Shown here: piece after piece, positions 19,780 through 29,379 of the stretch
Numbering within the stretch: position 1 is the stretch's first letter
Layout of the letters: each line of letters begins with the position of its first letter
Assembly: GCA_963772365.1 (NCBI GenBank)
Contig: CAVYXA010000001.1
Span: forward strand, 928,001-992,000
DNA from: an uncultured Verrucomicrobiae bacterium
GTDB taxonomy: Bacteria; Verrucomicrobiota; Verrucomicrobiia; Chthoniobacterales; UBA10450
Direction: 5' to 3'
Length of the DNA stretch: 64,000 nucleotides
The notes under the pieces: generated by a model
Seen by the model: only the letters and a program-made list of their open reading frames with translations
The model's database searches: none
Told to the model about the DNA's origin: nothing
Program-made: the position numbers and the translations under genes

Positions 19780-21342
19780 TTAGTGTACGCTCAGCTCATC
19801 GAGATTAGAGGCAGCCCTGCTTACCTCTTCCGGCGACAGTCCAGTGTTACGCTCGATCGCAACGTGGGCATAATTCCCGCAAGCTTCCACTGAGACTTCA
19901 AGCACTTGATTTGCGTTGTACTGATATGTGAGATCGACGGGCGACCCTTTCGGCAAAAAGGCCGGAAGTTGAATGTGACACACACCTAGTGGCGTGCATT
20001 CTGCCGGCATCGTGCTTTCCCCTTCTACTACACGAACAACCGCGCGCGGCATGTTGGAAGTAGCGGTTCCAAATGAGTTTTTCGCGCTCGCGGGAATGGC
20101 CGTGCGTTTCCTGATCATCGGGAAGACGTACTCTTCGAGGTGTTTTTCATCCCAAAGAACGACGCCAAGTGTATGCGAAGTAATATCGGAAACCTGAATC
20201 AGATGCCCGTCTCGGGAAGAGAACTGCTGCCGAGTGTCATCGGCCAAGACTTTCTCGCCCGATTTCTCTTCTTCTTGCAGCAGGGCAAGGGTCGCCTGAA
20301 TGGCGGCGCCCATTGCCACCGCTTCGTCGGGGTTCACTTCGTCGATAAGCGGCGCGGGACCGAGCTTCGCCACCATTTCGCGCACCATCGGCATACGGGT
20401 CATGCCGCCGACCATTAAAACTTTGTCGATCTGTTCCCATTTCATCTTGGCTTCCTGCATCACGATCTCGCAGATCGTCTTGCATTTCTCCACCAGATGG
20501 CGGCTCAGCTTTTCAAAATCTTTGCGGGTCAAATCCAGTTTCAGGCTCTTCCCGTGATGATGTAGAACAAGCGCGGTGTTGTTTCGGCTCGAAAGCTGAA
20601 TCTTCCCAGCTACGGCGCGAGTCTGCAGATCCTGGTAACTTTGCGGATCCAGGAGCGGGTTTTCGCCATTCTGCCGATCGAATTCTTCCGCCAGGTAATT
20701 GACGATGACGTCATCCCAATCTTTTCCTCCTAATCGATGATCTCCGTTCGTCGCGATGATCTCGAGTTTATGGCCTTCGATCCGCATGATCGTCACGTCG
20801 AAAGTCCCGCCGCCGAGATCGAACACAAAAACGGTTTGGTTCTGATCGATCTTGTCCAAGCCGTAGGCCAGGGCCGCCGCCGTCGGCTCATTCACAAGTT
20901 GGAGAACGTTTAGACCTGCAAGTTGCCCGGCTGTGATTGTCGCCATCCGCTCCGCATCATTGAAATACGCCGGCACGGTGATCACGGCATCAGTCACAGT
21001 TGTTTTGAGATATTTCTCCGCGTCCGCCTTCAGCTTTCTCAAAATCAGCGCAGAGAGTTCCTCGGCTGAATAAATGTTCCCGCCGATTTCGCGATTGAAT
21101 TGCTCCTTCGGTTTGCCCATCTCGCGCTTGACGAAGTCGACGATTCGTTCTGCCTCGGCCACGGAATTGTTTTTGGCCAGAGTGCCCACGATCACGCTGG
21201 TCCCATCAAACAGAATGACCGAGGGCGTAATTCGTTCATTTTCAGAGTTTGGGATAATCTGCGGCTTGCCATAGGGATCAATGTGTGAGACCGCGCAGAA
21301 CGTTGTCCCTAGGTCGATTCCGATTGCTTTGCGTTGAGTCAT
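19780..21342 (-). CDS. Hsp70 family protein (DnaK paralogue without the helical lid)
   Basis: GIDLGTT, TVPAYF, NEPTAAA, DLGGGTFD, VGGMTRMP, NPDEAVAMGAA; 520 aa from MTQRK. Confidence 0.92.
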   Translation of the reverse strand: MTQRKAIGIDLGTTFCAVSHIDPYGKPQIIPNSENERITPSVILFDGTSVIVGTLAKNNSVAEAERIVDFVKREMGKPKEQFNREIGGNIYSAEELSALILRKLKADAEKYLKTTVTDAVITVPAYFNDAERMATITAGQLAGLNVLQLVNEPTAAALAYGLDKIDQNQTVFVFDLGGGTFDVTIMRIEGHKLEIIATNGDHRLGGKDWDDVIVNYLAEEFDRQNGENPLLDPQSYQDLQTRAVAGKIQLSSRNNTALVLHHHGKSLKLDLTRKDFEKLSRHLVEKCKTICEIVMQEAKMKWEQIDKVLMVGGMTRMPMVREMVAKLGPAPLIDEVNPDEAVAMGAAIQATLALLQEEEKSGEKVLADDTRQQFSSRDGHLIQVSDITSHTLGVVLWDEKHLEEYVFPMIRKRTAIPASAKNSFGTATSNMPRAVVRVVEGESTMPAECTPLGVCHIQLPAFLPKGSPVDLTYQYNANQVLEVSVEACGNYAHVAIERNTGLSPEEVSRAASNLDELSVH

Positions 21343-21511
21343 AAGTGGAGAAAAAAAGATGTCGATCTTAGGCGTGCGCCTCGCATGCTTAGGTGCAACT
21401 TTCGTGCCGTTTGCTCCCGCCATTTCATGCGGAGCATAGCGGAATTTGCCCGGCCGTAGCTGTAAGCGAGTGCTGGAGAAATTCAGCTTTGCCGGTCGGC
21501 AATTTCCAGCG

Positions 21512-22234
21512 CTATCCTGTTTTCTTTGCGATCACTTCTTCGGGGCGAATTACCTTGCCGCGCCAGACAAATCCACGCCTGACCCGCATCACGATGCGCC
21601 CATCATCTTCCGCAAAATCGGCCGGTTCATAACTCATCACGCGATGAACCGCTCGATCGACAAATTCCTTCGGTTCTACTTCTTTGACCCCGAACCGGTG
21701 CAGAATTTCAACCAGCGAATGAATGGCGTTTTGCAGATTGTCTCGCCACCGGCCGACGTTGCCGCGGGTCTTCTTCTCTTCTGCTGCGATTCGCAGTTGC
21801 TCGGCCAGACCGCTCAAGTCGTCAAAGAGCAAGACCAAATCGTGAATGAATGGCTTTTGAAGAGATTCATGAACAAAATTGTCTCGATAACTCAGCAGCT
21901 CCTCATGCAGCGTATCGAAAAGCTTCTGGTTCACCCGCTCGGAACTGCGAATCGCGTTCAATTGCTGCTGCATCTTTTGCAATCCGTCCGACAAATCGGC
22001 CGGCAGTTCCAACGGTCTGCTGGCGGCAAGATTCTCGATCTTTTTAATCAACGTCTGTTCCAAACCCTCCAGCCGCGTGTTTAGGGCCTGGATTTCGTGT
22101 GTCACATGCGAGAAAGCCCGTTCGTCGGTCAGCAACTCCTGGGATTCCATCAAGCTAAGCTTTTGCTCCGCCTCGGCGCTCAATTGTTGCATCGCCGAGG
22201 TGAACTCGTCTGGGGCTGCAATCGGCTTATTCAT
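21512..22234 (-). CDS. grpE: GrpE-like nucleotide exchange factor
   Basis: Coiled-coil N-terminus; C-terminal DRAVHRVM...RVRRGFVWRGKVIRPEEV; start overlaps the cobA stop. Confidence 0.8.
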   Translation of the reverse strand: MNKPIAAPDEFTSAMQQLSAEAEQKLSLMESQELLTDERAFSHVTHEIQALNTRLEGLEQTLIKKIENLAASRPLELPADLSDGLQKMQQQLNAIRSSERVNQKLFDTLHEELLSYRDNFVHESLQKPFIHDLVLLFDDLSGLAEQLRIAAEEKKTRGNVGRWRDNLQNAIHSLVEILHRFGVKEVEPKEFVDRAVHRVMSYEPADFAEDDGRIVMRVRRGFVWRGKVIRPEEVIAKKTG

Positions 22235-23759
22235 TCGCCAATTTCCCGACGAGCAGATCACGAATTGCTTCCACCAGTCCGTCGATGTCGTGCCGGCGCG
22301 CCTCCGTGTCCACTTTCAAGCCGTGTTCCCGAGCTGTCTTTGATGTGATCGGCCCAATGCTGGCAACCTGCATCCCTTTCGGCCAGGGCAACCCGAGCCC
22401 GAGAAAATTTTCGACAGTTGAGGAACTCGTGAATGTGATGAGGTCTGCGCCTTCCTCCAATAGACGGCGGCGCGCGCCAGTGATGTCGCGCGTCTCAGGA
22501 ACGGTCCGATAAGCAAAACCTTCGTCCACGATTGCTCCCAAAGCCGAGAGTTCCTTAGAAAGCACGTCCCGCGCCTTTTCCGCGCGCACCAGTAGTATCC
22601 GCAGGTTTTCGATGCTTCCCTCCTTCCGAAACGTCCGCACAACAGCCTCGGCTACAAACTCCTCCGGCTGAAGATCGACATGGAAATGAAAATCCTTCAC
22701 ACGCTGGGCGGTCGCCGGCCCGATCGTGGCAATGCGCGCACTACCGATCTCGCGCGCGTCATCGTAGAGCTTGAAGAAAATTTCGAAAAATGCCTCTACG
22801 CCATTAACGCTGGTAAAAATGATCCAGTCATAGAGATGCGCGTCCTGCACGAGTTCGGCAAACCCGCGCAGATCGCTCGGCTGCTCAATCCGGATTGTGG
22901 GCAATTCAAACACATGCGCGCCCAGAGCGCGCAGTTTGTTGCTCAATACGCCGGCTTGTTTCCGGGTGCGGGTAACCACGATTCGCTTTCCCGAGAGTGG
23001 CCGTTTCTCGTACCAACTTAAGTCTTTCCGCAGCGACACAACTTCGCCGAACACTGCGACGGCCGGTGCTTCGAAACCAAGATCGAGTGCAAGCTGCGAA
23101 ATATTCTCCAGCTTCCCAACAAGTGTCTGCTGCAGTCCGGTCGTGGCCCAACGAACCAGCGCTACAGGCAAATCCGATCGGACGCCATGTTTGAGCATTT
23201 CGTGCGTAATCGCTCCCAGACGCTCCACGCCCATTAACATCACTTGCGTTCCGCCAAGCTTCGACAACGCCGCATAATCAATCGCGCTCTCGCCTTTTGC
23301 GGGATCTTCGTGACCGGTGAAAAACGTCAGGTGTGAGGTGTCCAACCGGTGCGTAACCGGGATTCCCGCATAAGCCGGGCCCGCGATTGCCGATGTAATT
23401 CCCGGAACAATTTCGAATTCAATTCCAGCATCAACAATCGCCTTCGCTTCTTCCGCCCCGCGCCCAAACACAAATGGATCGCCACCTTTCAGGCGCACGA
23501 CATCTTTGCCCGCGCGCGCCTTTTCAACCAGCAAGGCGTTGATCTCATCCTGTTTGAGCGAATGTTCTCCGGCCCGTTTACCCGCGTAAATAATCTCCGC
23601 ATCATCCCGCGTCCAGCCGAGCATCTCCGGGTTCGCCAGTGAGTCGTAAACGATCACGTCTGCCTGTTCGATGTATTCTTTCGCCCGCAATGTGACGAGT
23701 CCCAAGTCTCCAGGCCCGGCGCCGACCAGGAAAACTTTTCCCTTCTTGTTCGTGCTCAT
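22227..23759 (-). CDS. cobA: Uroporphyrinogen-III C-methyltransferase / synthase fusion (CobA-HemD)
   Basis: VGAGPGD, RLKGGDPFVFGRG; HemD part IVVTR, FTSVNGV, FTSSSTV, IGPIT. Confidence 0.95.
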   Translation of the reverse strand: MSTNKKGKVFLVGAGPGDLGLVTLRAKEYIEQADVIVYDSLANPEMLGWTRDDAEIIYAGKRAGEHSLKQDEINALLVEKARAGKDVVRLKGGDPFVFGRGAEEAKAIVDAGIEFEIVPGITSAIAGPAYAGIPVTHRLDTSHLTFFTGHEDPAKGESAIDYAALSKLGGTQVMLMGVERLGAITHEMLKHGVRSDLPVALVRWATTGLQQTLVGKLENISQLALDLGFEAPAVAVFGEVVSLRKDLSWYEKRPLSGKRIVVTRTRKQAGVLSNKLRALGAHVFELPTIRIEQPSDLRGFAELVQDAHLYDWIIFTSVNGVEAFFEIFFKLYDDAREIGSARIATIGPATAQRVKDFHFHVDLQPEEFVAEAVVRTFRKEGSIENLRILLVRAEKARDVLSKELSALGAIVDEGFAYRTVPETRDITGARRRLLEEGADLITFTSSSTVENFLGLGLPWPKGMQVASIGPITSKTAREHGLKVDTEARRHDIDGLVEAIRDLLVGKLANE

Positions 23760-24649
23760 GCTCGTAATCGATCTGATAATTGCGTAGCCAAAACCTCGCC
23801 CTGATCGCTGCCGCCTTCCACTTCCGCTTCACGCGGAGCGGCTGATCCATCTGAGAAAAATTGACCGCGAACATTCATGATCCCCTTGTCGATCCGCGCC
23901 AGAACGCCAACTGGCGCATTGCAATCCACATTCAATAATCGCAGGAACTCGCGCTCTGCTCGCAAGCAAAACATCGTCTGGCTGTCATTCACAGGATCGA
24001 CAGCCCGTGTCGCATCTTCATCGTCGGACCTGATTTGAATGGCAATGATCCCCTGCCCGCCCGCCGGCAGAAAAACTTCCTCCGGCAGAATTTCTACCGA
24101 AAAGCCCCCCGGCGAAACGCCAAGTCGCTTCAAGCCAGCTCGGGCAAGGACAATCGCAGCCCAGTCATTCTCCGCCAGCTTGCGCAAACGAGTCGGCACG
24201 TTGCCACGGAGATCAATGACGTCCAAGTCGGGCCGTTTCCAGAGCAGTTGATGTTTGCGACGCACACTGCTCGTCGCGACGGTGGCGCCCCGTGGAACTC
24301 CGGTAAGACCGCCCGGATGTTTCGAGATCAACACATCATTGATCGGTCCACGCGGAAGAACGGCCGCGACCTTTACCTTCTCGCTCGGTTGGCTCGGCAA
24401 ATCTTTGGCACTGTGCACGGCAAGATCGACATCGCCAGCGACCAGCGCCCGTTCGATTTCGGCGGTAAAAAGTCCCTTCCAACCTGCTTTACCATCGACA
24501 ATTTTCGTTCGGTCACCCGTTGTCGCGATGATTTTTCTTTCGATGCGTAGTTCCGGCCGCACCGCTCGGAGCGCCTTCTCAACGAGCTGTGTTTGTGCTA
24601 GAGCCAGCTCGCTTCCGCGCGTTCCGAGGACAATTCGCGGCTGTGTCAT
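23756..24649 (-). CDS. hemC: Hydroxymethylbilane synthase
   Basis: GTRGSELALAQ, AVHSAKDLP, TSSVRR, RGNVPTRL, DCNAPVG. Confidence 0.95.
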   Translation of the reverse strand: MTQPRIVLGTRGSELALAQTQLVEKALRAVRPELRIERKIIATTGDRTKIVDGKAGWKGLFTAEIERALVAGDVDLAVHSAKDLPSQPSEKVKVAAVLPRGPINDVLISKHPGGLTGVPRGATVATSSVRRKHQLLWKRPDLDVIDLRGNVPTRLRKLAENDWAAIVLARAGLKRLGVSPGGFSVEILPEEVFLPAGGQGIIAIQIRSDDEDATRAVDPVNDSQTMFCLRAEREFLRLLNVDCNAPVGVLARIDKGIMNVRGQFFSDGSAAPREAEVEGGSDQGEVLATQLSDRLRA

Positions 24650-24660
24650 AGGTTAGCTTC

Positions 24661-24730
24661 TGTAGCGGCGGTCTGTGACCGTCGCAACCATTCCGCCGAC
24701 GTGTCGCGCGACGCTCGCAGAGCGCCTACA
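24661..24730. repeat. GTAG-type REP doublet between hemA and hemC
   Basis: TGTAGCGGCGGTCTGTGACCGTCGC...GCGACGCTCGCAGAGCGCCTACA; the hemA TAG stop lies in its terminal GTAG. Confidence 0.7.
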
Positions 24731-25793
24731 ATTCGGACGCGCGCAGCGGATTTTCACCAATCGACGGATGCTCTTCAGCCAACGCGCGTTTCAATCCGAG
24801 CAAAAGTCTTTCGCCAAAATCTTCGACATGCTCCGCGATGATGGCCTCGGCCGCGGCAATCTGCTGCCGTCGCAGAGCGAGCGATTGCTCGGCTACCGAT
24901 TGCAATGAATCGATGTCGTAAAGATAGACGCCATCCATCTCGTTCACTTCTGGATCGACATCCCGAGGCACAGCGATGTCGATAATGAACAACGGGCGGT
25001 CGACCCGATCGCGCAACATTGGACCCAGATTTTCCGATTTGAGCAACGGCGTCTCGGATGATGTCGAGGCAATCAGAATGTCGATCTCGCGGCATTGCGA
25101 TTCCCATCGGTCGAACGGAATCGATCGTCCTCCGACCGCGCGAACCAGTTCCTCAGCACGTTCCCCGGATCGGTTACTAATTCGGAGGTCGCTCACGCCG
25201 CGCGAAACCAGCGTCCGCGCGGTGCGCTCGCTCATCTCGCCCGCTCCGAGGAGCAGCACCTTGCATTGGCTGAGCCTGCCGAAAATCCGTTGGGCCAGAT
25301 CGACAGCGACCGATCCGACCGAGACCAGACCGCGATTGATATCGGTGTGAGTACGAACTTGTTTGGCTACGCGGAACGCACGCTGAAATAAACGATGCAG
25401 ATAAGGGCCGACAGCGCCCGAAAGCCTCGCCGATTCGTAAGCTTTTTTGGTCTGGCCAAGGATCTCGCTTTCCCCGACCACCATCGAATCGAGCCCCGAC
25501 GCAACCCGAAACAGATGCTGGATGCATTTGTCATCTTCGTAGCGATAAAAGGCCGGCGAATACTTGTGCGGATCTAGCTCGATCTCGGAAGCGAGACAAC
25601 GGGCGATATCGTCCGTCGAGACCCGCTTTTCCGCCGCACCATAAACTTCGACTCGGTTACAGGTCGCAAGTACTAACACTTCTGCGCAACCGGTGTTGCG
25701 CAGGACACATTCGGTCTCTGTGCGACTCGAGAACAGCTCGCGCGTTTCGACGTTGGCGGTATGATGGCTCAATCCGACGCAAAAAATATTCAT
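24726..25793 (-). CDS. hemA: Glutamyl-tRNA reductase
   Basis: TCNRVE, GLDSMVVGESEILGQ, LGAGEM, DIAVPRDV; start MNIFCVG overlaps the upstream stop (ATGA). Confidence 0.95.
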   Translation of the reverse strand: MNIFCVGLSHHTANVETRELFSSRTETECVLRNTGCAEVLVLATCNRVEVYGAAEKRVSTDDIARCLASEIELDPHKYSPAFYRYEDDKCIQHLFRVASGLDSMVVGESEILGQTKKAYESARLSGAVGPYLHRLFQRAFRVAKQVRTHTDINRGLVSVGSVAVDLAQRIFGRLSQCKVLLLGAGEMSERTARTLVSRGVSDLRISNRSGERAEELVRAVGGRSIPFDRWESQCREIDILIASTSSETPLLKSENLGPMLRDRVDRPLFIIDIAVPRDVDPEVNEMDGVYLYDIDSLQSVAEQSLALRRQQIAAAEAIIAEHVEDFGERLLLGLKRALAEEHPSIGENPLRASEL

Positions 25794-26584
25794 GGCATCG
25801 GATGTGTTTGGGCGGAGAAGGAAATGCCCCACAGGAGAGTGAGCGCCAAACCAAATCCCAGGATACATAGCGTAGCCACGCGGGTCGGCGCGAACTGTCG
25901 CAAATGTCTGCCTTGCAGAATCAAGGCGTAAAGCAACCAAACGCCGATCGCAGCCCACACTTGCACACCTGGCAGAGGCCGCCCCGTAAAAAAACCGGTC
26001 ACGATTCCGAGAGTGTAGAGCGCGAAACCAAGCCAGAGCAGCCGGGTAATCGCGGCGTAAAGATCCGCCAGGGGCGGCAAGTGATAAAACAGAGAATGCA
26101 GGTGGTGAGTTTTAAGCTGACGTTCCTGGACGAGATACATCACTCCGGCGATGCAGGCCAGACCAAACGCGCCGTAGGCGATGATCGAAATGGATGCATG
26201 AAGTTCCAGCCACGAACTCGGTTTCACGGTTACCGTTTGGGGCACGTCGATTGGCGCGATGAGCGCGAAACCTTGCAGCAAAAAAACAAGCGGAGCCGTA
26301 AATGCACCCATCAGCGAAAGGCGGTAGGTCGGTCCGACGAGCATGTAAATGAGCGCAATCGACCACGCCAGAAAAATGAATACCTCAAACAGATTTGTTA
26401 GCGGGCAACGCCCGACCGCATGACCACGGACAGTGAGGAATGCCGTTTGAAAAATGAATCCCAGACCCACGGCGAAAAAACTAAATCGCCCCGGCCGAAA
26501 TACACTGTCCCGCAACGAGAATGCCGTTCGAATAACAGCCGCGAGAAAACAGACTGTCGAGACGATGAGAAGATTTCGATCCAC
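25790..26584 (-). CDS. Cytochrome c biogenesis CcsA-like membrane protein
   Basis: Multi-TM; CPLTNLFE, WLELHAS, YLVQERQLK; usual position upstream of hemA. Confidence 0.8.
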   Translation of the reverse strand: MDRNLLIVSTVCFLAAVIRTAFSLRDSVFRPGRFSFFAVGLGFIFQTAFLTVRGHAVGRCPLTNLFEVFIFLAWSIALIYMLVGPTYRLSLMGAFTAPLVFLLQGFALIAPIDVPQTVTVKPSSWLELHASISIIAYGAFGLACIAGVMYLVQERQLKTHHLHSLFYHLPPLADLYAAITRLLWLGFALYTLGIVTGFFTGRPLPGVQVWAAIGVWLLYALILQGRHLRQFAPTRVATLCILGFGLALTLLWGISFSAQTHPMP

Positions 26585-26715
26585 CGGAAGCTGAGTCTAA
26601 ATTCCCGAAGGACAGTTGGCAATCCTCTGCGCGAAAAGACGAACTCTGGCTGGCGAACTTTAAGGCTCGCTTCCGGGCGTTGACCTTTCTAAACCGCGCG
26701 ATAGCATCGCGCTGA

Positions 26716-27243
26716 ATGAGCTACGATTTGGAAAGATTACGGGCGGGAGTTCGCGATGTGCCCGATTTTCCGAAAAAGGGAATCGTCTTCAAAGATATCA
26801 CCCCGATCCTGAGCGACGGCGCATTGTTTAAAGCCTCGATCGATGTTTTTGTCGAGAGTTGCCGGGGAAAGAAGATCGACAAAATTGTCGGAATTGATGC
26901 TCGGGGATTTTTGTTCGGATCGGCTGTGGCCTATCAACTCGGCGTCGGTTTTGTCCCGATCCGTAAGCGCGGCAAACTCCCGTTCAAAACTGAGATAGCG
27001 AAATATTCACTGGAATATGGCGAGGCCGAAATGGAAATGCATATCGACGCCATGATTCCCGGCGAACAGATTGTGCTGGTCGATGACTTGCTCGCCACGG
27101 GCGGGACTTCGGCCGCGGCGGCTGCGCTCATCAAAAAAGTGGGCGGCGAATTAATCGAAGCGCAGTTTCTGATCGAATTGGAATTTCTGCACGGCCGAAA
27201 GCGGCTTGGCGCTACGCCTGTGGTTTCTTTCCTGAAGTACTGA
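26716..27243 (+). CDS. apt: Adenine phosphoribosyltransferase
   Basis: DFPKKGIVFKDITP, RKRGKLP, LVDDLLATGGT. Confidence 0.96.
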   Translation: MSYDLERLRAGVRDVPDFPKKGIVFKDITPILSDGALFKASIDVFVESCRGKKIDKIVGIDARGFLFGSAVAYQLGVGFVPIRKRGKLPFKTEIAKYSLEYGEAEMEMHIDAMIPGEQIVLVDDLLATGGTSAAAAALIKKVGGELIEAQFLIELEFLHGRKRLGATPVVSFLKY

Positions 27244-27309
27244 TTGCCTGCGATTAACGAAACCAGCAGACTGCTCGAATCCGATTCCAAAGGGAAGGAG
27301 TATGTCATC

Positions 27310-27516
27310 ATGGCCAAAATCGTAAAAGTCATCGAGATCATGTCGGAATCGCCCAACAGTTGGGAGGAAGCCGTTCAAAATGTCGTATCCGAAGCGTCCA
27401 AAACGCTCCGCAATATTCGATCCGTCTGGGTCAAAGAGTTCACCGTCTCGGTCGAGAACGAGAAAGTGACCAGTTATCGAGTCGCCGCAAAAGTGACCTT
27501 CGAGATGGAACGCTAA
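27310..27516 (+). CDS. Dodecin family protein
   Basis: KVIEIMSESPNSWEEAV...SKTLRNI...YRVAAKVTF; AAGGAG RBS. Confidence 0.88.
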   Translation: MAKIVKVIEIMSESPNSWEEAVQNVVSEASKTLRNIRSVWVKEFTVSVENEKVTSYRVAAKVTFEMER

Positions 27517-27549
27517 GGTCTCCTCTCCCTCCTCACCCTGATTCGCGCC

Positions 27550-28014
27550 TCAACGGTGGATTGCGGGGACTTTTCGCAAAGGCCTGCTCTTCTTACCTAG
27601 CAACACGTGTATCACTAGCAGGATCGGCAAGGCCAGACCGACCGCCAGATGGATCCAGCTCGTCCAGGTACGCAGTTTTTCGCCGCCAGCATAATAAAGG
27701 GCATTGCCGGTCACGGTAAGAATGCCGAAGACGCCGAGGAACAGAGCGCCATTTCCGCGATTCCGGCCCGCGCGCCATGCTGCTTTCACGTGCCCGCTCA
27801 GCAATGTCCCGATGAACACTAGAATCGCCATTGCCGCGGCGCCGTGAATCTTCATTGCCCACGCTTCCGCAGTCATCACCCGATCCGACGACACCAAGAA
27901 ATAATTCCACCAGGCCCAGACGGCGCCGCTGAAAAAAAGAAGCGCGACCACAGCGTAAAGAAGAAATCTGTGGACAGGTCTCAATTGAATCGGGTCCGGT
28001 CCTTGACGTCGCAT
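27550..28014 (-). CDS. Four-TM membrane protein with conserved histidines (DUF4405/cytochrome b-like partner of flavinylation clusters)
   Basis: KIHGAAA, SGHVKAAW, WIHLAVG, VIHVLLG; coupled to apbE. Confidence 0.7.
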   Translation of the reverse strand: MRRQGPDPIQLRPVHRFLLYAVVALLFFSGAVWAWWNYFLVSSDRVMTAEAWAMKIHGAAAMAILVFIGTLLSGHVKAAWRAGRNRGNGALFLGVFGILTVTGNALYYAGGEKLRTWTSWIHLAVGLALPILLVIHVLLGKKSRPLRKVPAIHR

Positions 28015-28865
28015 GATGATTGGAAGATCCAGCTCGGGGAACCGTCACGTTCGATTAATACTGCATCCGCGTGATGACGGACTAGAAGAGCCGCAGCTTT
28101 TTCCCGCAAGGCAAAAACGATTTTAGTCAACGCATCGGCTGTGATGCAATCGCCGGCGGCAACCGTTACACTGAAATGACTGAGAAGAGCGCGTCGTGTT
28201 CGCCCGTGAACGAGATGGGTTTGCCCATCTCGCCTCGAAAAATAATTCGCGGAAGTGGCGATGGCTTTGTTAGTCGCCCGGATCAATCCCGAGGCAGTCC
28301 CGGGACTTTTCGGATTGCGCAGATGAATCACACGCGATGTCGGTCCGAAAACGCGCACATCACCACCGGCATTGACAATTCCTTCCGAAACCCCGCGACG
28401 CCGCAGCACTTCGACCGCGCGATCTACCGCGAAACCCTTCGCGATTCCGCCAAGATCGACAATCAGTCGTCGGCGAAAGGATACTTCGCAGTTTCTCCGC
28501 AAAAAAATATCGCGCCACGAACCGCGGGCAATCGAGGGAAAGCCGTGATCGGGAAGATAATTCCATTTCACCAGCTGCGATGCGACGGTGACGTCGAACA
28601 CGCCATCAGTTTCTCGAGCAAACCGCTGCGCTGTCGTCATCACCTGCCATGTCCACGGATCGACTTTGACGCCTCTTGGAAAGGCCTCGCGATTCATACG
28701 CGTCACATCGCTGCCCGGATCGTGAAAGCTCATGAGTCGATGCACCTTTTCGATTGCAGCGAATGCAACATCGACATCGTCCGATGAACCATTGCAGGCG
28801 ATGTCTACAATCGTTCCCAACAACGGCCGAGCGCGGCGGATTTCAGCCTTTGAGCGCCACTTCAT
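27981..28865 (-). CDS. apbE: FAD:protein FMN transferase
   Basis: LLGTIV, FDVTV, DLGGIAKGFAVD, NAGGD, ATSANY, ADALTK. Confidence 0.92.
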   Translation of the reverse strand: MKWRSKAEIRRARPLLGTIVDIACNGSSDDVDVAFAAIEKVHRLMSFHDPGSDVTRMNREAFPRGVKVDPWTWQVMTTAQRFARETDGVFDVTVASQLVKWNYLPDHGFPSIARGSWRDIFLRRNCEVSFRRRLIVDLGGIAKGFAVDRAVEVLRRRGVSEGIVNAGGDVRVFGPTSRVIHLRNPKSPGTASGLIRATNKAIATSANYFSRRDGQTHLVHGRTRRALLSHFSVTVAAGDCITADALTKIVFALREKAAALLVRHHADAVLIERDGSPSWIFQSSCDVKDRTRFN

Positions 28866-29367
28866 AAAATGCCAGCAATCGCTTCACGCCGTCGGTGACG
28901 TGGCGGCAGCTCAACGTAGCGCCGCCGATGTTCTTGATGTCGTTATCCAGTTTCAACGTGGAATTGCTTGTCTTGCCCACGAATTGGGACCGCCATTTTT
29001 CGTCCCGGATTTGATAGCCGTAAGTCTCGCGGTAATCCATGATCTCGATTTGCTTCACCGAGCCGTCCTTGTTCAGTCCGACCGCGTAAGTGATGAACTC
29101 GTGTTTGCCGATGACTTCATCGACAATGAACCAGCCGCCACCACTGACTCGCCAGACCGGTTCCTCATCGCGCAGTACCCGTACACCGCTTGCCCGCTCG
29201 ATCGCCTTTTTCTGCGCACTGGTGAGCTTCACCGGGGCGGCCGTAAAGGTTTTCCCCGGAAAAATTGCGTGCTGCGCCTGGTCGACAGTGAGATATTGCA
29301 CAGCGAACGCGGAAGGCGCCACCAGAGCTGAGATCGGCGCGGCAATGAAAATAAATTCCGATTTCAT
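28843..29367 (-). CDS. Secreted FMN-binding (flavinylation substrate) protein
   Basis: Signal peptide; YRETYG; IKNIGGATLSC, a variant of the [S/T]GA[S/T] flavinylation motif. Confidence 0.85.
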   Translation of the reverse strand: MKSEFIFIAAPISALVAPSAFAVQYLTVDQAQHAIFPGKTFTAAPVKLTSAQKKAIERASGVRVLRDEEPVWRVSGGGWFIVDEVIGKHEFITYAVGLNKDGSVKQIEIMDYRETYGYQIRDEKWRSQFVGKTSNSTLKLDNDIKNIGGATLSCRHVTDGVKRLLAFYEVALKG

Positions 29368-29379
29368 GCGAAGCTTCGC

